Assembly (NCBI RefSeq): GCF_009914755.1
Contig: NC_060928.1
Length of the DNA stretch: 64,000 nt
DNA from: the human T2T-CHM13v2.0 reference genome, Homo sapiens
Reading direction: 5' to 3' (one strand)
A program made the translations under genes and the position numbers. A model generated the notes under the pieces. That model was given only the letters and a program-made list of their open reading frames with translations, ran no database searches and had not been told where the DNA came from. Of this stretch, positions 27,540 through 40,365 are shown in pieces (the first letter of the stretch is position 1; every line of letters begins with the position of its first letter).

Positions 27540-27960
27540 TCTTCAAAAGATATTATTTTATATTTTTCATTTGTGAATTGTATATACATGTAATTACACT
27601 GTATATATTCTGTGACTTGATTTCTTCATCAGAAATTCTGTTTGTGGGATTAGTCCATGCTGATGTGAGTAGCTATAGTTCCCTGATTTTCAATTTATGT
27701 TGTATGTTATTGGAAAACATTGTGATAATTTACTTATCAATTCTTCTATTGATGGACATTAGAATCCTTTCTGGTTCTTTGCTATATTTATCAATGCTCT
27801 TACCTACACTTTCTTGCAGCATTCTATGATCTTTGTATTTAAAAGTTCCAGTCCACATAAATCTGCTGTTAAACCTGAGATAAGTTACTTTAAGTCGAAG
27901 ACTCCTTGTGTGTATCATAGGAATGACAGCAGTAACTTACCAGATAGTGTTTTCAAAGAG
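27540..27960 (-). mobile_element. Old L1M (L1ME-like) fragment
   Basis: tccatgctgatgtgagtagctatagttc...ttcttctattgatggacattag. Confidence 0.8.
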
Positions 27961-28353
27961 TAAATTAGCATATACCAAGTGCTTAATATAACACCTCCCC
28001 ATAAGTGCAAAGCAAATATTAGCTATTATTAATAGTATTACTCAAAAGCAATGAAATAATTTCTGTAAGAATTATCAATTCTAAATATCAAAAAAAAAAG
28101 CTCACATTTCTGCTCAGTGTGGTTTAAAGCTCCAAAATCAAAGATTCAATTTGGCATTCTCCTTTAGCATTTTAAAGTTCACTGCACTTTTGTGACAGTG
28201 TTAGGATATTTGAATGTCCATCTCAACTCCTTCTACCATCAGAGGCAAATATTAGAGCTGCTCTAAAGGCTGAAAGCCAATTGAAGGGTCTTCCTCATTA
28301 AGAAGAAGGAACATGTCTTGAAGTAAAATAGTCTGTTGGGTACAGTTTATAGT

Positions 28354-28541
28354 GTTGTTGTTTTGTTTTGCTTTGTTTTAGAGATGGGGTCTTGCTATGT
28401 TGCCCAGGCTGGAGTGCAGTGGCTGTTCACAGGCATGACTGTGGTGCTCTACGGCCTTGAATTCCTGAGCTCACACGATCCTCCTTCCTCAGCCTCCCAA
28501 GTAGCTGGGACTACAGGCACACAATGGGACTTTGCCCAGCC
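28354..28541 (-). mobile_element. FAM (fossil Alu monomer)
   Basis: Single monomer retaining the 7SL-derived gcctgtgaa(c)agccactgcactccagcc; TSD agtttatagt on both flanks. Confidence 0.88.
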
Positions 28542-29044
28542 ATAGTTTATAGTCTTGCTGCCTCTTCTCTACAGTGCCCAGTCATAGCTCCCAATAGCCA
28601 CTGCTGACTAACCCCTATTCTGATCTCTGGAACAATATAAGAGAATTCCTTGACTCTACACATTCTAACTTTTCTAGAAGAGCAACTGGAAGACTTATGT
28701 TTTTTCTAACTGTTTTGCTGGTGTATGTATGTATAGGCACAGTTCAAAACGGAATGAAAACTCAGCCAAATTTCCTCTTAAGATCACGGAGTAAATTATA
28801 AGCAATAATCTCGTGATTATATCTTCAAAACAAAATAGGTAAATTTAATTAATACCAAGCCAATAGACAGAACTTCTAGACATTCAAACTAAGATTGTTC
28901 TCCCCTCATGTAGAATCTGCACTCAGTTTAAAGGTTATGTGCGTAGATACAAACAGGGGGCTTCAGAAAGGGGTTCCAAGATGATATAGTGCTGCCTTCT
29001 TTATCAGTAGTGCAAATGCCCAGAGCTGAATATTTGTTTTACTT

Positions 29045-29395
29045 TAATTAAATCAACTTTATTGAAATAATGTGCATAATTTACATTCAGTTAAATGCAC
29101 AGTATGTTTTTCGATGTATACTGCAGTGTGTCTTGACAACTCTGTATACCCACGTAACCACCACTCCAATCAGGATATAGAATATTTCTATCACTTCAGG
29201 AAATTTCTTTGTGCCTCCTTTGAATCCTCTCTTCCATTCTTCCCCACTCTTCCCTGACTCATCTGGGAATCACTGTTCTGATGTTTATTACCATCTTTTA
29301 GTGTTGACATTTCTTGAACTTCATATACATGGAAGCATGCTGATGTAAACTTTATCTGGCTCCTTTTGCTCAATTAAATGTGCATGGTGTTCATA
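29045..29395 (-). mobile_element. L1M 3' end (MB-ME group)
   Basis: caactttattgaaata...gtaaccaccactccaatcaggatatagaatatttctatcac. Confidence 0.85.
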
Positions 29396-31772
29396 AAGGG
29401 AAAGGATGTTCTTAAATTGATTTTTGCTGTAAAATTATATTCACTTAAAATTTGTACATGTACAATGATTTAAATAACCTTAGTTCAAACTAATATGTTG
29501 TATCAGTTGAAATAAACGAGAATTGATTTCATTTCGGTATATAGGGCATATTCACCATTAATCAGAAACTAAAAACATTTCTTGAGTTTAGGCCAGGTTG
29601 GCCAAGTAAAAATGAAGCAAAAATTTACTCATTCAGCAGTTCATTAGGTAAGCCTTTACTCATCACATGTTAAACCAACTTCAAAATTCAGTGATGTCCT
29701 AAAAATACGAACAATTTGAGTTAAAAAAAAGACTATTTTTTAAGACCCAATTTTCCCAGATAAATCCCCTCTGGCATATTTTGTTGGTTGAGAAACTAAA
29801 AATCAAATTAAGAAAAGCTAAATCATCTGCCAGTTAGTTACTAAAAGTGTTTTCCTGCTTGCCACCATTCAAATGATGTGTGTGCTGAGAAAAAAAAAAA
29901 ATCCTGGACCAGAAAAGCACATGGGGTTACAGAGTTGTGGAAAAACATTGAAAAATATTTGTCCACTTTCTGAGAAAGGAAAAGTACAATTGCTTTTTGA
30001 CAGTGCTGACTTCTGTTTACCGGGGCTTGCATTATAATCTCCATCCTTAAAATTCTGTAATACTTCACAAATTTGGAACATCAACTCTATAAGGGATTTA
30101 GTTTTATGCTTGCTTATCCATTTATGTGAGTCTCAGGATGAAATTCTACCAATACGTCTTCCTGAAAGAAGGTGCAATATCCATTTTCTTCTGAAGTGTC
30201 TCTTCTCATGGGAGTTACCTAGTGTATGGTACTGTCTAACTGCTTTTAGAATTGTTTGCTTGGTTATTATTCCGGGGATATTTTTTGAGTGATGAAAATA
30301 TTTTAGTAATACATTGGCTTAATTTTCAAATACTGGCATTTTATTTTTATTCACCTTGCTTTCTTCTACTTGGTGTATTTTAAAGAGCATGCTCCTTGCT
30401 TAGCATGATGAAATGCAGTCACTGCTAATTATCATGGCTGCAATTTTCAACTTCACAAGTGAAAATCAAACCACAGACTCCTAAGTGCTGGAAGTCATGC
30501 AATTCTAAGCAAAATCCTGAAGGAGCACGACACAGAAGGCCAGTTAAAGTTACCCCCCACCCCCTTGCATTGAGCAGTCCTACAACGAAAAGAATTGTCC
30601 CCAACTAGACCATTGTTTCAGTTGGCATTGCTTTGCTAGTTATTTACATTTTCATTAGGGCAGGGCAATTTCCCCTCAAACAGGCTGTTGCAATTTGTTT
30701 ATGTAGCGTTTTCATCCAATCAATATGCTTCTTTATGATGAAGATGCAGAAATGCCACCAACTGGCTTGGGCTATTTTTTAAAAAAATAATGCTGCTTTA
30801 TAAAAGCAACTTTTACTATTTCTGAGGAATAAATGTCATCCAAGGGGCATAAAATAAACCAAGAATTTTAAAAAGTTTTCTGTTCATAGAAGTGAAATAT
30901 TTTTTCCTTCAAGAGAGTTGTGTGCAACAGGGGACAAATTGTAGCAATGGGAGTAGGAAAGCTAATCAAAAAGGTAATCATGTGAATCCAGGCAGCATTC
31001 CCTCTGCAGCAAGATACTAGTGTTTCTGATCGACAAAGTATGCAGTGAGTTAGGGCACTGAGGTTTTCATCGGCTGAGTGTGCAGCCTCAGTAATGTAGA
31101 AATGCAGAGCACTCATTCATATCATTTGAATGAGCATGTTTCAAGGCTTGATTTTTATTCATATGTTTGATTGATTGTCATTTTCTCTCATCCCTGTTTT
31201 CTAGATAAGATAGGAGGATAGCAAAGTCAAGCAATGCTTTCCCTTCTAGTCATCAAATTAGAGTAACAGCAGTGAGTCAGATACTCTTGTTATAAAGAAC
31301 AACCATATATTTTTTCCCAGTAGAATTCTCCAATCTCTTTTTGATCTTTGCATGCTGTATTAATGACTGTTAATTACATTGACATGGAGAATATTTGATT
31401 TTTTTGATGAACAGTGTTGCAATAATTTATGAAAACTATCATGCGTGTGTGTCTATATGGGTATGTGTGTGTGTATTTTATATTTATGAATCGTTTATGC
31501 AGATCGTTTCAAGAAAAGGGAGTCTTGTAAGTTAACTCCTAACTTAGTTTCTTTGGGGTCCTGTGGGAAGCATTGGGGAAGGATTAGATATCGAAGTCAA
31601 ACTCAAAAATTTTACTCTTTAGGGAGAGACAATTGCACAAAAATAAATGTGATGTATAGTAAAGTGTAAAAACTACCATTTGAAAAATGCAGATGATCAG
31701 TGGTGGATAACATAAAAAAAGAGATTGTTTTCAGCAAAATAATGTGCATAAAGGAATTACTGTAAAGTTTGA

Positions 31773-32189
31773 TGTCTTGTTCAATTTTTTGTTCCTTTAA
31801 CAGAATACTTGAGACTGGGTAATTTATAAAGAAAAGAAACATATTTATTATCGTTCTAGGGGCTGGAAAGTCAGAGGTTCAGGGGCTACATCTGGTGAGG
31901 GGCCTTTTGCTGGTGCAGAGTCCCAAGGAAGCACAGGGTATCACATTCTGAGGGGCTCACAGGAGACAGCCAAACTAGCCTATATAATGGCCCATTCCTA
32001 TGATAACCAACTCACTCTCATGATAATGCATTAATCCATTAATTCATGAATCCGTGAATGGATTTTTTTCATGGGGGCAGAGCTTCTATAACCCAATCAC
32101 CTCTTAAAGACCTCATCTCGTAATACTGTTACCCTAGGGATTAAGTTTCAACATGAGTTCTGGAGGGGACAACTATTCAAACCATAGCA
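31773..32189 (-). mobile_element. MST-family MaLR solo LTR
   Basis: tgtcttg...aacagaatacttgagactgggtaatttataaagaaaaga...gtttcaacatgag...ttcaaaccatagca. Confidence 0.92.
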
Positions 32190-32204
32190 TCTGGCATAAA
32201 ATAA

Positions 32205-32790
32205 TGTGCTTCAATGAACATATGCGTGCATGTATCTTTATAATGGAATGATTTATATTCCTTTGGGTATATACCCAGAAATGGGATTGCTGGGTCAAAT
32301 GGTATTTCTGCCTCTAGGTCTCTGAGGAATTGCCACACTGTCTTCCACAATGTTTGAACTAATTTACACTCCCACCAACAGTGGAAAAGTGTTCCTTTTT
32401 CTCCACAACCTCCCCAGCATCTGTTGTTTTTTGACTTTTAGTAATAGCCTTTCTGACTGGTGTGAGATGCTATCTGATTGTGGTTTTGATTTGTATTCTC
32501 TAAAGATTAGTGATGTTGAGCTTTTTAAGATATGTTTGTTGGCTGCATGAATGTCTTCTTTTGAGAACTCTCAGTTCATGTTGCCCTTTGCTCACTTTTT
32601 AATGGGGTTTTTTGTTTGTTTGTTTCTTGTAAATTTGTTTAAGTACCTTGTAGATGCTGGACGTTAGACATTTGTCAGATGGATAGATTGCAAAAATTTC
32701 TCCCATTGTGTAGATTGTTTGTTCACTCTGATAATAGTTTCTTTACTCTGATAATAGTTTCTTTTGCTGTGTAGAAGTTCTTTAGTTAAT
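32205..32790 (-). mobile_element. L1PA/PB internal fragment (ORF2 3' part), disabled
   Basis: tcctttgggtatatacccag..gggattgctgggtcaaatggta; antisense frame ELLHSKRNY; contains a 20-bp duplication. Confidence 0.95.
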
Positions 32791-34891
32791 ATTTTCAAGA
32801 GGTTAAAGGAGGATGAGGCTGAGCAGTTACTGAGTTTACAAAGGAGATCACTGTAAGCCTTCAAGGCAATTGCTTTGTCATGGTAAAGGCATAGGCTAAA
32901 GTGTAAGGGACTTAAAATTAAATGGGAGCTGAGAAAATGGAGCTGGCTGGAAGTAGTTTACCTTTCTCTAAGGATATCTAATGATGAGAGAAAGGAGAGA
33001 AGATGGCAGCTTCTGGTGTAACTTATGCCTAAAAGTGGCAATCTCTTAGGGACAACTTCTGTTTATTTAAATACATAAATAGGTCAGTAAGTAAGTAAAT
33101 AATAGTGGTGCCTACCATTAAGAAACAATGAGGAGAGGGTTCATTCAGTATAACAGATGCCACATTTTAGGGGGCTGGAAAGAAATTAGCAGGTTATGCA
33201 GAAAGCCAGACATTCTCAAGATTAACAAAGTGGACTCTGGGATTTTTATACAAACTGTGCAGAGAAAAGTCAAAAGGTATACACATGTCTGTGGGCACAC
33301 ATTTTAATACTATAACTGTGGCTTTTTTTCATTTATATAGTGTAAATTTTATATCCCATATTTCTTTAAGCATAAATATCCTATGACAACAAGGTATTAT
33401 GGCTTTCTCCCTTTTCATTTTTTTAAGTGTAATTATCAGCAAGAAGAATGCATTCAACAGACACAGAATATTGATTTCATTTTTCATTGATTGACATTTC
33501 TGTGTTTTCTTATGCTAGGAGGCTAACAACTTTCAATTTTATGTATTTTATCTAGATTTTTAAAATATAATAATGATTTAATATATGTGGGATAATACAT
33601 TACTACCACATTTGTGCACTAGAGTTATTCTAAAGTACTAAGCAGTGAAACAGACAAAAATGTGAGTGTTGTTAGTAATATAATTTGGTGTTTTAACAAA
33701 CAATAACAAGAATCTCTAAATTAATTAATTGGTTATTTTAATAAGCTTGGAGTCCTTTCTTAGGAAAATAAAAATAAGATTCACTATAGCTGTCTTTCCT
33801 TTTCAGGAGGAGGGAGATAAAGTTAGTTACTTTTATGTATTTATCAATTTTCCCAAGTTGAAACACAAGTAACATAGGACCTGCAGTGACTTTTGGACCC
33901 TGACTTCTCTGCCTCAGGTTTAATCTCAAGCTATCAAGTTTTGGAGAGTCCCCTAAGTATTTTATTTTTATTCATTTTATTTATATTTCTTTTGTGGCCT
34001 AGCAGATATACGAATAACCAGTTAGATTTTTTAGGAAGTAAGCCAGCATATTAATGAATGATTTGTAATTTCAAGGTAGTTTATTAATTTATTCTAGCAT
34101 GGTGGTGACACAGAAATTACTGTGACTTTAGAAAATAAAATTAATTTGAGCTTTAGAGTCTGTTTTCTTGCTTTCTTAACTTCTGGTACTTTATCTGAAG
34201 TGGAATCTCTGATGCTCTGGTCTTTCTGATGTGTCTTCTCTCTCTTTTTTCTTTTTGCACTTTTTTTCCCTAGGGATTTGTATTTCGATTGCAAACCTTC
34301 TTTGATATCAGGTTTCAGGAAGTAATTGTACACAGTATCTCTCTCTGTGTCTGTGTATGTGTGTCAAAGGGACAATATGAAGAGCCAGAGAGCCATTTCC
34401 GTAGTGAACATAAAGGTTCTAGACCAAATACTAAATTAAGAGATTCACACTTACACTGGGCATTCCGTTCCTGCTGTCAGAAGTCATAACATGATAAGCA
34501 GAACGGTAGCTGATACAAATGATGGTAGCATATTTAAAATCTTTGGTCAAATGCAGTTCCTGATTTGCTACAGTTTGGGATGGCTACTTGTTAATAAAAT
34601 ATTTTTGGTTGAAATTCTTAGTAACCAATTGATAACACTTTTCATAAATTCGATTATTGCAACCTATCTCTCCTGTAATTATAAAAACCAATACTACCCC
34701 ATCTACATCCTTGCATTAAGCTGGTAGTACTACAAAGGCTGCCTTTTGAGGACAAGTTTGAAGAACCAGTGTGAACAGTTCTTTCATTGCACTTGTATTT
34801 TTCGAAGCACACTGATTCTGATACATGAAAGAATGTCAATTTTACCTGCAGCATTCTTGAATAGGTAGCTGGTGCCAAATTTCAGTAGCAT

Positions 34892-34905
34892 CCTCCAGAG
34901 GGCAC
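34892..34905 (+). promoter_or_regulatory. CTCF core motif candidate
   Basis: CCTCCAGAGGGCAC, close match to the CTCF core, in apparently unique sequence. Confidence 0.5.
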
Positions 34906-35274
34906 TGTCACCTGTTTTATATACTGTATAATTTGTATCCTTTTATTAAGATGCTGTGCAATACTTGAAGAGTTATTTTAATCTATTTTTATGTGAAATG
35001 CAATCACGCATTCTTTGCATCATCCACAACCCTGCTATCTACAGCAGCTTCCCCTGTCCATTGTTGTAGACCATGGGTTGACTTGTATATCTGTATACAA
35101 GTTTTATATCAGTAACATTTTGTAGATTGATCCACCTAGGCTAAATAGTCCAGTCTAGGCCTGTTTAATAAGGATCTTTCACAACACCCCCACTTAACCA
35201 TAATTTTTCCCTTTTCTTATTAAAATATACTTTATGTAAGTTATCTTACTTTTCACCATATTTATACATATGCC

Positions 35275-35410
35275 ATGCTTGGCTCTGGAGTCAGATTTCT
35301 TGGGCTTAAAATACCAGCTCCATCAGTTAGACTATGTGATATGGACCAATGACTTCTCTTCTTGGGTTATTAAGAAGATTATATGAGTTATATATGTAAA
35401 ATACTAAGCT
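35275..35410 (+). mobile_element. MIR SINE
   Basis: ggctctggagtcagatttcttgggcttaaaataccagctccatca. Confidence 0.75.
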
Positions 35411-37979
35411 AATCTCCCTAATATAATATACTTTGAAAGTTCTCTATTGCATTTGCCATGACTCAAATAATCAGGGTTACAGTTTGTGAAATTTAGTTGA
35501 ACTCTGATGATTGAAAATGTTTAATTTTTTTTCAAAATGTAAAGGATGCTTTTTATTTCTCAGACATAGAGTTTAAAAATCTCAGTTTTTTAAAGCATTT
35601 CCAAAAGTATACACACACATGCAAGTTATAGTTTTACAGAAATTCTCTTCTAAGTGACTTAGATTTAATTATTCAAAGAGGCCGAATCTATTGAGTTAAA
35701 TATTCCAAAGCATAACAAAGTAAACAGTTTAAAATAAATTCTTTTTGTGGAAATGTTACTTACATCCATCATATTAAAGGTTTGGAGATTTTTTGCAAAT
35801 ACCACTTAAAAGGAAAAATCAATTAGTTATAATTTTCAGTTTGCACAGAAATAGCTGTATATACATTATAAATCCAACATAAGCATTTATAAGTGCAAAG
35901 AGGGATTGTTTATTTAATAATTGTTATAAAGGGATAAATGAGAATGAAAGGACACAGTTGCTGCTATACCATTCTGTACATAATAGTGCTTAATTGTATA
36001 TAATTTTGATAGATTTGAGTAGTTAAGTTTTAATATTCTCAAGTTCACTAAAACACAAATTTTTTGTTTGTTTTTTTTAAATAGGCTCAATTTCCAAGTA
36101 GTTGAAACTTTCCTTTTTCTCTGATTACACAAATATCACATAACAGCAGTTTTAAAATCAGATTACATGGACTCAAAATCTTCTCTAAGATTAAATTCAT
36201 GAATAACTTCATGTGGATTTCTCCTCAGCTGCTGTTGTGGGCAAATGTTCAAATACAAATTTCCCACGCATGTGTACACTACCCTATAGCATGATTGACA
36301 ATTTGTAAGCTCCTAAGTGCAAATCGGTGGTCTCAAAACTTGGTCATCATTTCATCTTTTTTGTTTTTAAATTCAGGAATCATAAACATTGGGTCATGTA
36401 CAGCTGTATCTTTTGGACAAATGCTCACTGTCATAGGAGCCGCCATCCCTGCCTTTCCCTGATTATCTAGCTTCTATTCACTCCATAGGAGTCACACAAT
36501 TGTCATTTCTCCCTTCTCAAAATTTACTTCTCAAAATGCACTCATTTGTATCTTAAGAGAAATACAGTAGAGGCAAAGAGAGAAATTATTCAGTTTTTTG
36601 ATTGATTGGTTGACTGACTGATTTCAGAGCTTTCTTTATGAGTTTCTTATATTTACATTTAGAAATTGATGTTGCTTTGTCAAGTTTGTCATATTTAATT
36701 AGCTCGCTCTCATAATTGTGAAGATAAGTATAGCTGATGCCTTAACCTATATTTTATTCTTGTTGATCATTTTCTTCCTTGAGGCTCCTATTTATTTCTG
36801 CAGTCATAAATGACTTGAGAGACAAGATTTAAAAAGTGATAAGTTCCCACTTGATAGGAGGTCTGTTTGGTTTAGACTGTAGTGACTTCTTAAATTAACA
36901 TTTTTAAATGTCCACATGCATAGATGACTTGTGGTTTATTTATACATTTTTAACCATAATAAATTTTACCTTATGGTTGCATAGTAGTTATACTCCTCAA
37001 AACTTTAATTAAGCAGTTATCTATATGAGTATTTGTTAGAATATTAGTTCCATGAAGAAAGGGACTTTTTCTTCTTTCATATAATTGTATCTCTACTATC
37101 TAGTTAAAGATTGGTACAGTAAATATTTTTCAGAAAATATGTAAAATAAATTTATTATTAACTACTAAATGCTGTTAAATGACAAGAAAAAGAATATCTC
37201 AGGAGTCTTGAAAGGTAGAATATTAATGAGAGATGTTTCTGGATTTCTTTATGGCTCTACTCAGTCCTCAGACAAGAAGGTATACATCTATCAAGTCCAA
37301 AAACATGTTAACAATCAGAGTATCACAATTTTGGGTAAAATTTAGTCATTCTGTTTTCAATAAAGATTACATCCCACTAAGGCATGTAAATATTGACACT
37401 TTCTAATCCATGGCAATATAATTATTTTTAGTCTTCAGGCTTGATGCCAGTTAGAATCTTTCCATGTCAGTAGAATTCAGGACTAATTTGCTGTGATTAG
37501 CAAAGAATTACTTTGCAGGCTTTCTATTCATTTATGCAAGGACAGACCTGTTAATTCCAACTCACTGAATTTATATGGGATGCCCACAAAAGTCCTTGGA
37601 AGCCTCAAGCTTTTACTACAAATAGTTGATTTTTCCATATGCCAGATACTCAGCTTTTCAGGAGAAAGCATCCCACTAGTACTGTTGAAAAGAGAGAGAG
37701 AGAAAAAAAAAAGGCAAAGCTTAATTCTGTAAGTAAGGTTGCTATTGCCACTCAGCAAAGGAAATCGCACTTAACCCACTGCAGTGTAAGCTCTTCTTCC
37801 AAACAATCTGGAAAGAACATTATATGAAAATGTTGTCATAGCAGAGCTCCACAATGTAAAAGGACAAATTGCCCTTTGAGAATAAAAGTATAGTCAGGAC
37901 AAAGACAAATATGATGATATGTATAATTCAACTGTAAACCAGAAACAGAAAAACAAGCTGTGGATATCATTTAAAAGTA

Positions 37980-38233
37980 ATTTTTTTAATTATACTTTAA
38001 GTTTTAGGGTACATGTGCACAACGTGCAGGTTTGTTACATATGTATACATGTGCCATGTTGATATGCTGCACCCATTAACTCATCATTTAACGTTAGGTA
38101 TATCTCCTAATGCTATCCCTCCCCACTCCTCCCACCCCACAACAGGCCCCGGTGTGTGATGTTCCCCTTCCTGTGTCCATGTGCTCTCATTGTTCAATTC
38201 CCACCTACGAGTGAGAACATGCGGTGTTTGGTT
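37980..38233 (-). mobile_element. Young L1PA (PA3-PA5-like) 3' UTR, heavily 5' truncated
   Basis: ttatactttaagttttagggtacatgtgcacaacgtgcaggtttgttac...gagtgagaacatgcggtgtttggtt, near consensus. Confidence 0.97.
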
Positions 38234-38509
38234 ATATTGCTACTTGAAAGGGGCTTCAAGGCAGGCAAGCAAAAGTGAGAATAGAGTAATTGTGAGTGTT
38301 ATAGGTAAGTATAACCCATTTCTTCCAAGTCATTATTAGGGTGTGATTTACAAGTTCAGTGATAGGAGGTATAGGCCCTAGTTAGGAGAAACCAGGCATG
38401 GATATGCAAGAGTGACACAGACAATGTGGGGCAGCCTGGGAAGCAACAGGCAAGAAATAAGCTACATTTCTTTCTCTTGCTAGTAACAGGGATAGGGCTT
38501 AAATCGTTG

Positions 38510-39001
38510 ATATTGATTGTATCTGTTCATTGCACTGTAAGTGACAGAACACTTGACCCAAATTAGGTTTAGGTAAAGAGAAGTTCATCAGATTAGGTGT
38601 CCAAAAAGTTTGGAATTTGATCTGGCATGGCTGGTTACAGGGTCAGACGCCTTCATCAGGGCCCTGTTTGACTCTCTTCATCTCTTGATCTCTCTTTCCA
38701 TCCTCAGACACGATATCTTTCTGTGATTAAAATATAGTACCTGATAGCCATTCCAGCATAGTCACATGGTCTCCAGTGAGGTCACGTGGACATATTTGAA
38801 CCAATCATTTTCATGAAAGATAATATATTCTGATTGGCTTAGGCCCAAATCAAATGTCTACCCCAAGCTTAGGGATGGGATTATCTCTGCAGACACATCA
38901 TAGCCTAAAAGCTGAAAGGGGTAGTTTTCTGAAGTAAAATAGTATATTTACACTAAAAATAGGGGAAGTGGATTCTGAGTGGCAAAAATACAAATGTCTA
39001 C
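38510..39001 (-). mobile_element. MLT1 (K/L-like) MaLR solo LTR
   Basis: tgtaagtgacagaacac...ggtcacgtg...tgaaccaatca...ctgattggcttaggcc...caaatgtctac. Confidence 0.75.
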
Positions 39002-40084
39002 TTTATTGGTCAATAAATCAATAATTACAGAGAGATATGGGCATATCTCTCTGGCTGTGACAGGAGGTGCAGGACTCAGCAGTTCCTTTTGAAGTTCCCT
39101 GTGTTCAGTCTATACTTTGGCTTCAAGAATATGCTTCAGCAAGAAGCAGACAGAGAAGAGTACCCTCAGGCAGGCTTTTGCCAAACACTGGATTTGTGTC
39201 AGATTCATTGCACATCAATTTCGAGAAAAAACTTATAAAAATATCCTGATTTTGGAATTGGATGTTGATTCTATTACCATTGTACTCTGCTATGTAGACT
39301 ACAATATTATTATTTGTTATACTGACAATATGTAGGTGGGGGCAAGTCTGGAAAATAAATTTTACATGACACAATAATTGTACTGACAGTTACATTGGCT
39401 CAGAAATAAAATAGAATAATGAGGAAAAATAAAACTATATATACTCAGAGTGCAAGGACTGTCCTCTGTTCAGAGACTTTTCGGTTGTAAAAGATGTCTT
39501 CTAAATATGATCCATGCTTCATTGTGATTGCCCTTGTTCAAGTATTGATTAGGCCTGTGGACATTAATGACAATAATGTGATGTAAAAAGATTTTATGGT
39601 AAGCATCTCATAATTTACTGAAATGATATTTATACTAAAGAGGGATGTGAAAATTTGTCTTGCCATTTCTAAGAAGCACATCTTTATAATTAAGTTACCT
39701 CTACTTCTACACTCACTGGACAAAAATTGGTGTAATTAAGTAGATAACATTTGTAGGATACTTTAGAATTCACAGAACAGGTTCAAATACTTTCCTCAAA
39801 AATCCTGTGAATTCATATATTGATTCTGTATTTTAGAGATTGATAATAGGACTGAATATATTTCCAGGGGTCACTTCCCTGCTTCACATTTATAGCTAGG
39901 TTCTCTGCTTCACATTGTCTATCCTCTGCTATGCTCGTGTGTTTCAAAAAGGGTGTTACTTGTGAATAGCACCTGAATCTTAATCGCTTAGTTCACATAA
40001 TTATTTATCTATTTAACTGACTAATTTAACTATTTCACTATTTGTGTGATTTTTATTGGACCTGCCTTGGTAATTCCAATTCTT

Positions 40085-40365
40085 TCTTCAAAATATTGCC
40101 TATAAGCCACTCTTTGTTTAAGGTCTTCCTTGAATCCCCAAGCAAACATGCCTTGTCTATCATCACAGCCCCACCTTACAAGCATCTGTTAGCATGTCTC
40201 ACTCCATTATAATGATGTGTTTACATGACTGTTTCTCCAACTGAACTGTGAGTTTCTTGAAGACAGAGACCATATCCCCTGCATCTGTTTATCTTTTGTT
40301 ACTAGAGCTCCAGGAGTGTGGCACCTGAAGGTTAACCAGTGTTTGATGAACTAATGAATGAATCA
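40085..40365 (+). mobile_element. L2 LINE 3' remnant
   Basis: gaactgtgagtttcttgaagacagagaccat...tgatgaactaatgaatgaa. Confidence 0.75.

Noticed and set aside
32350-32864. ORFs with L1-like peptide similarity
   Set aside because: They come from a disabled L1 ORF2 fragment with frameshifts and are not a host gene.
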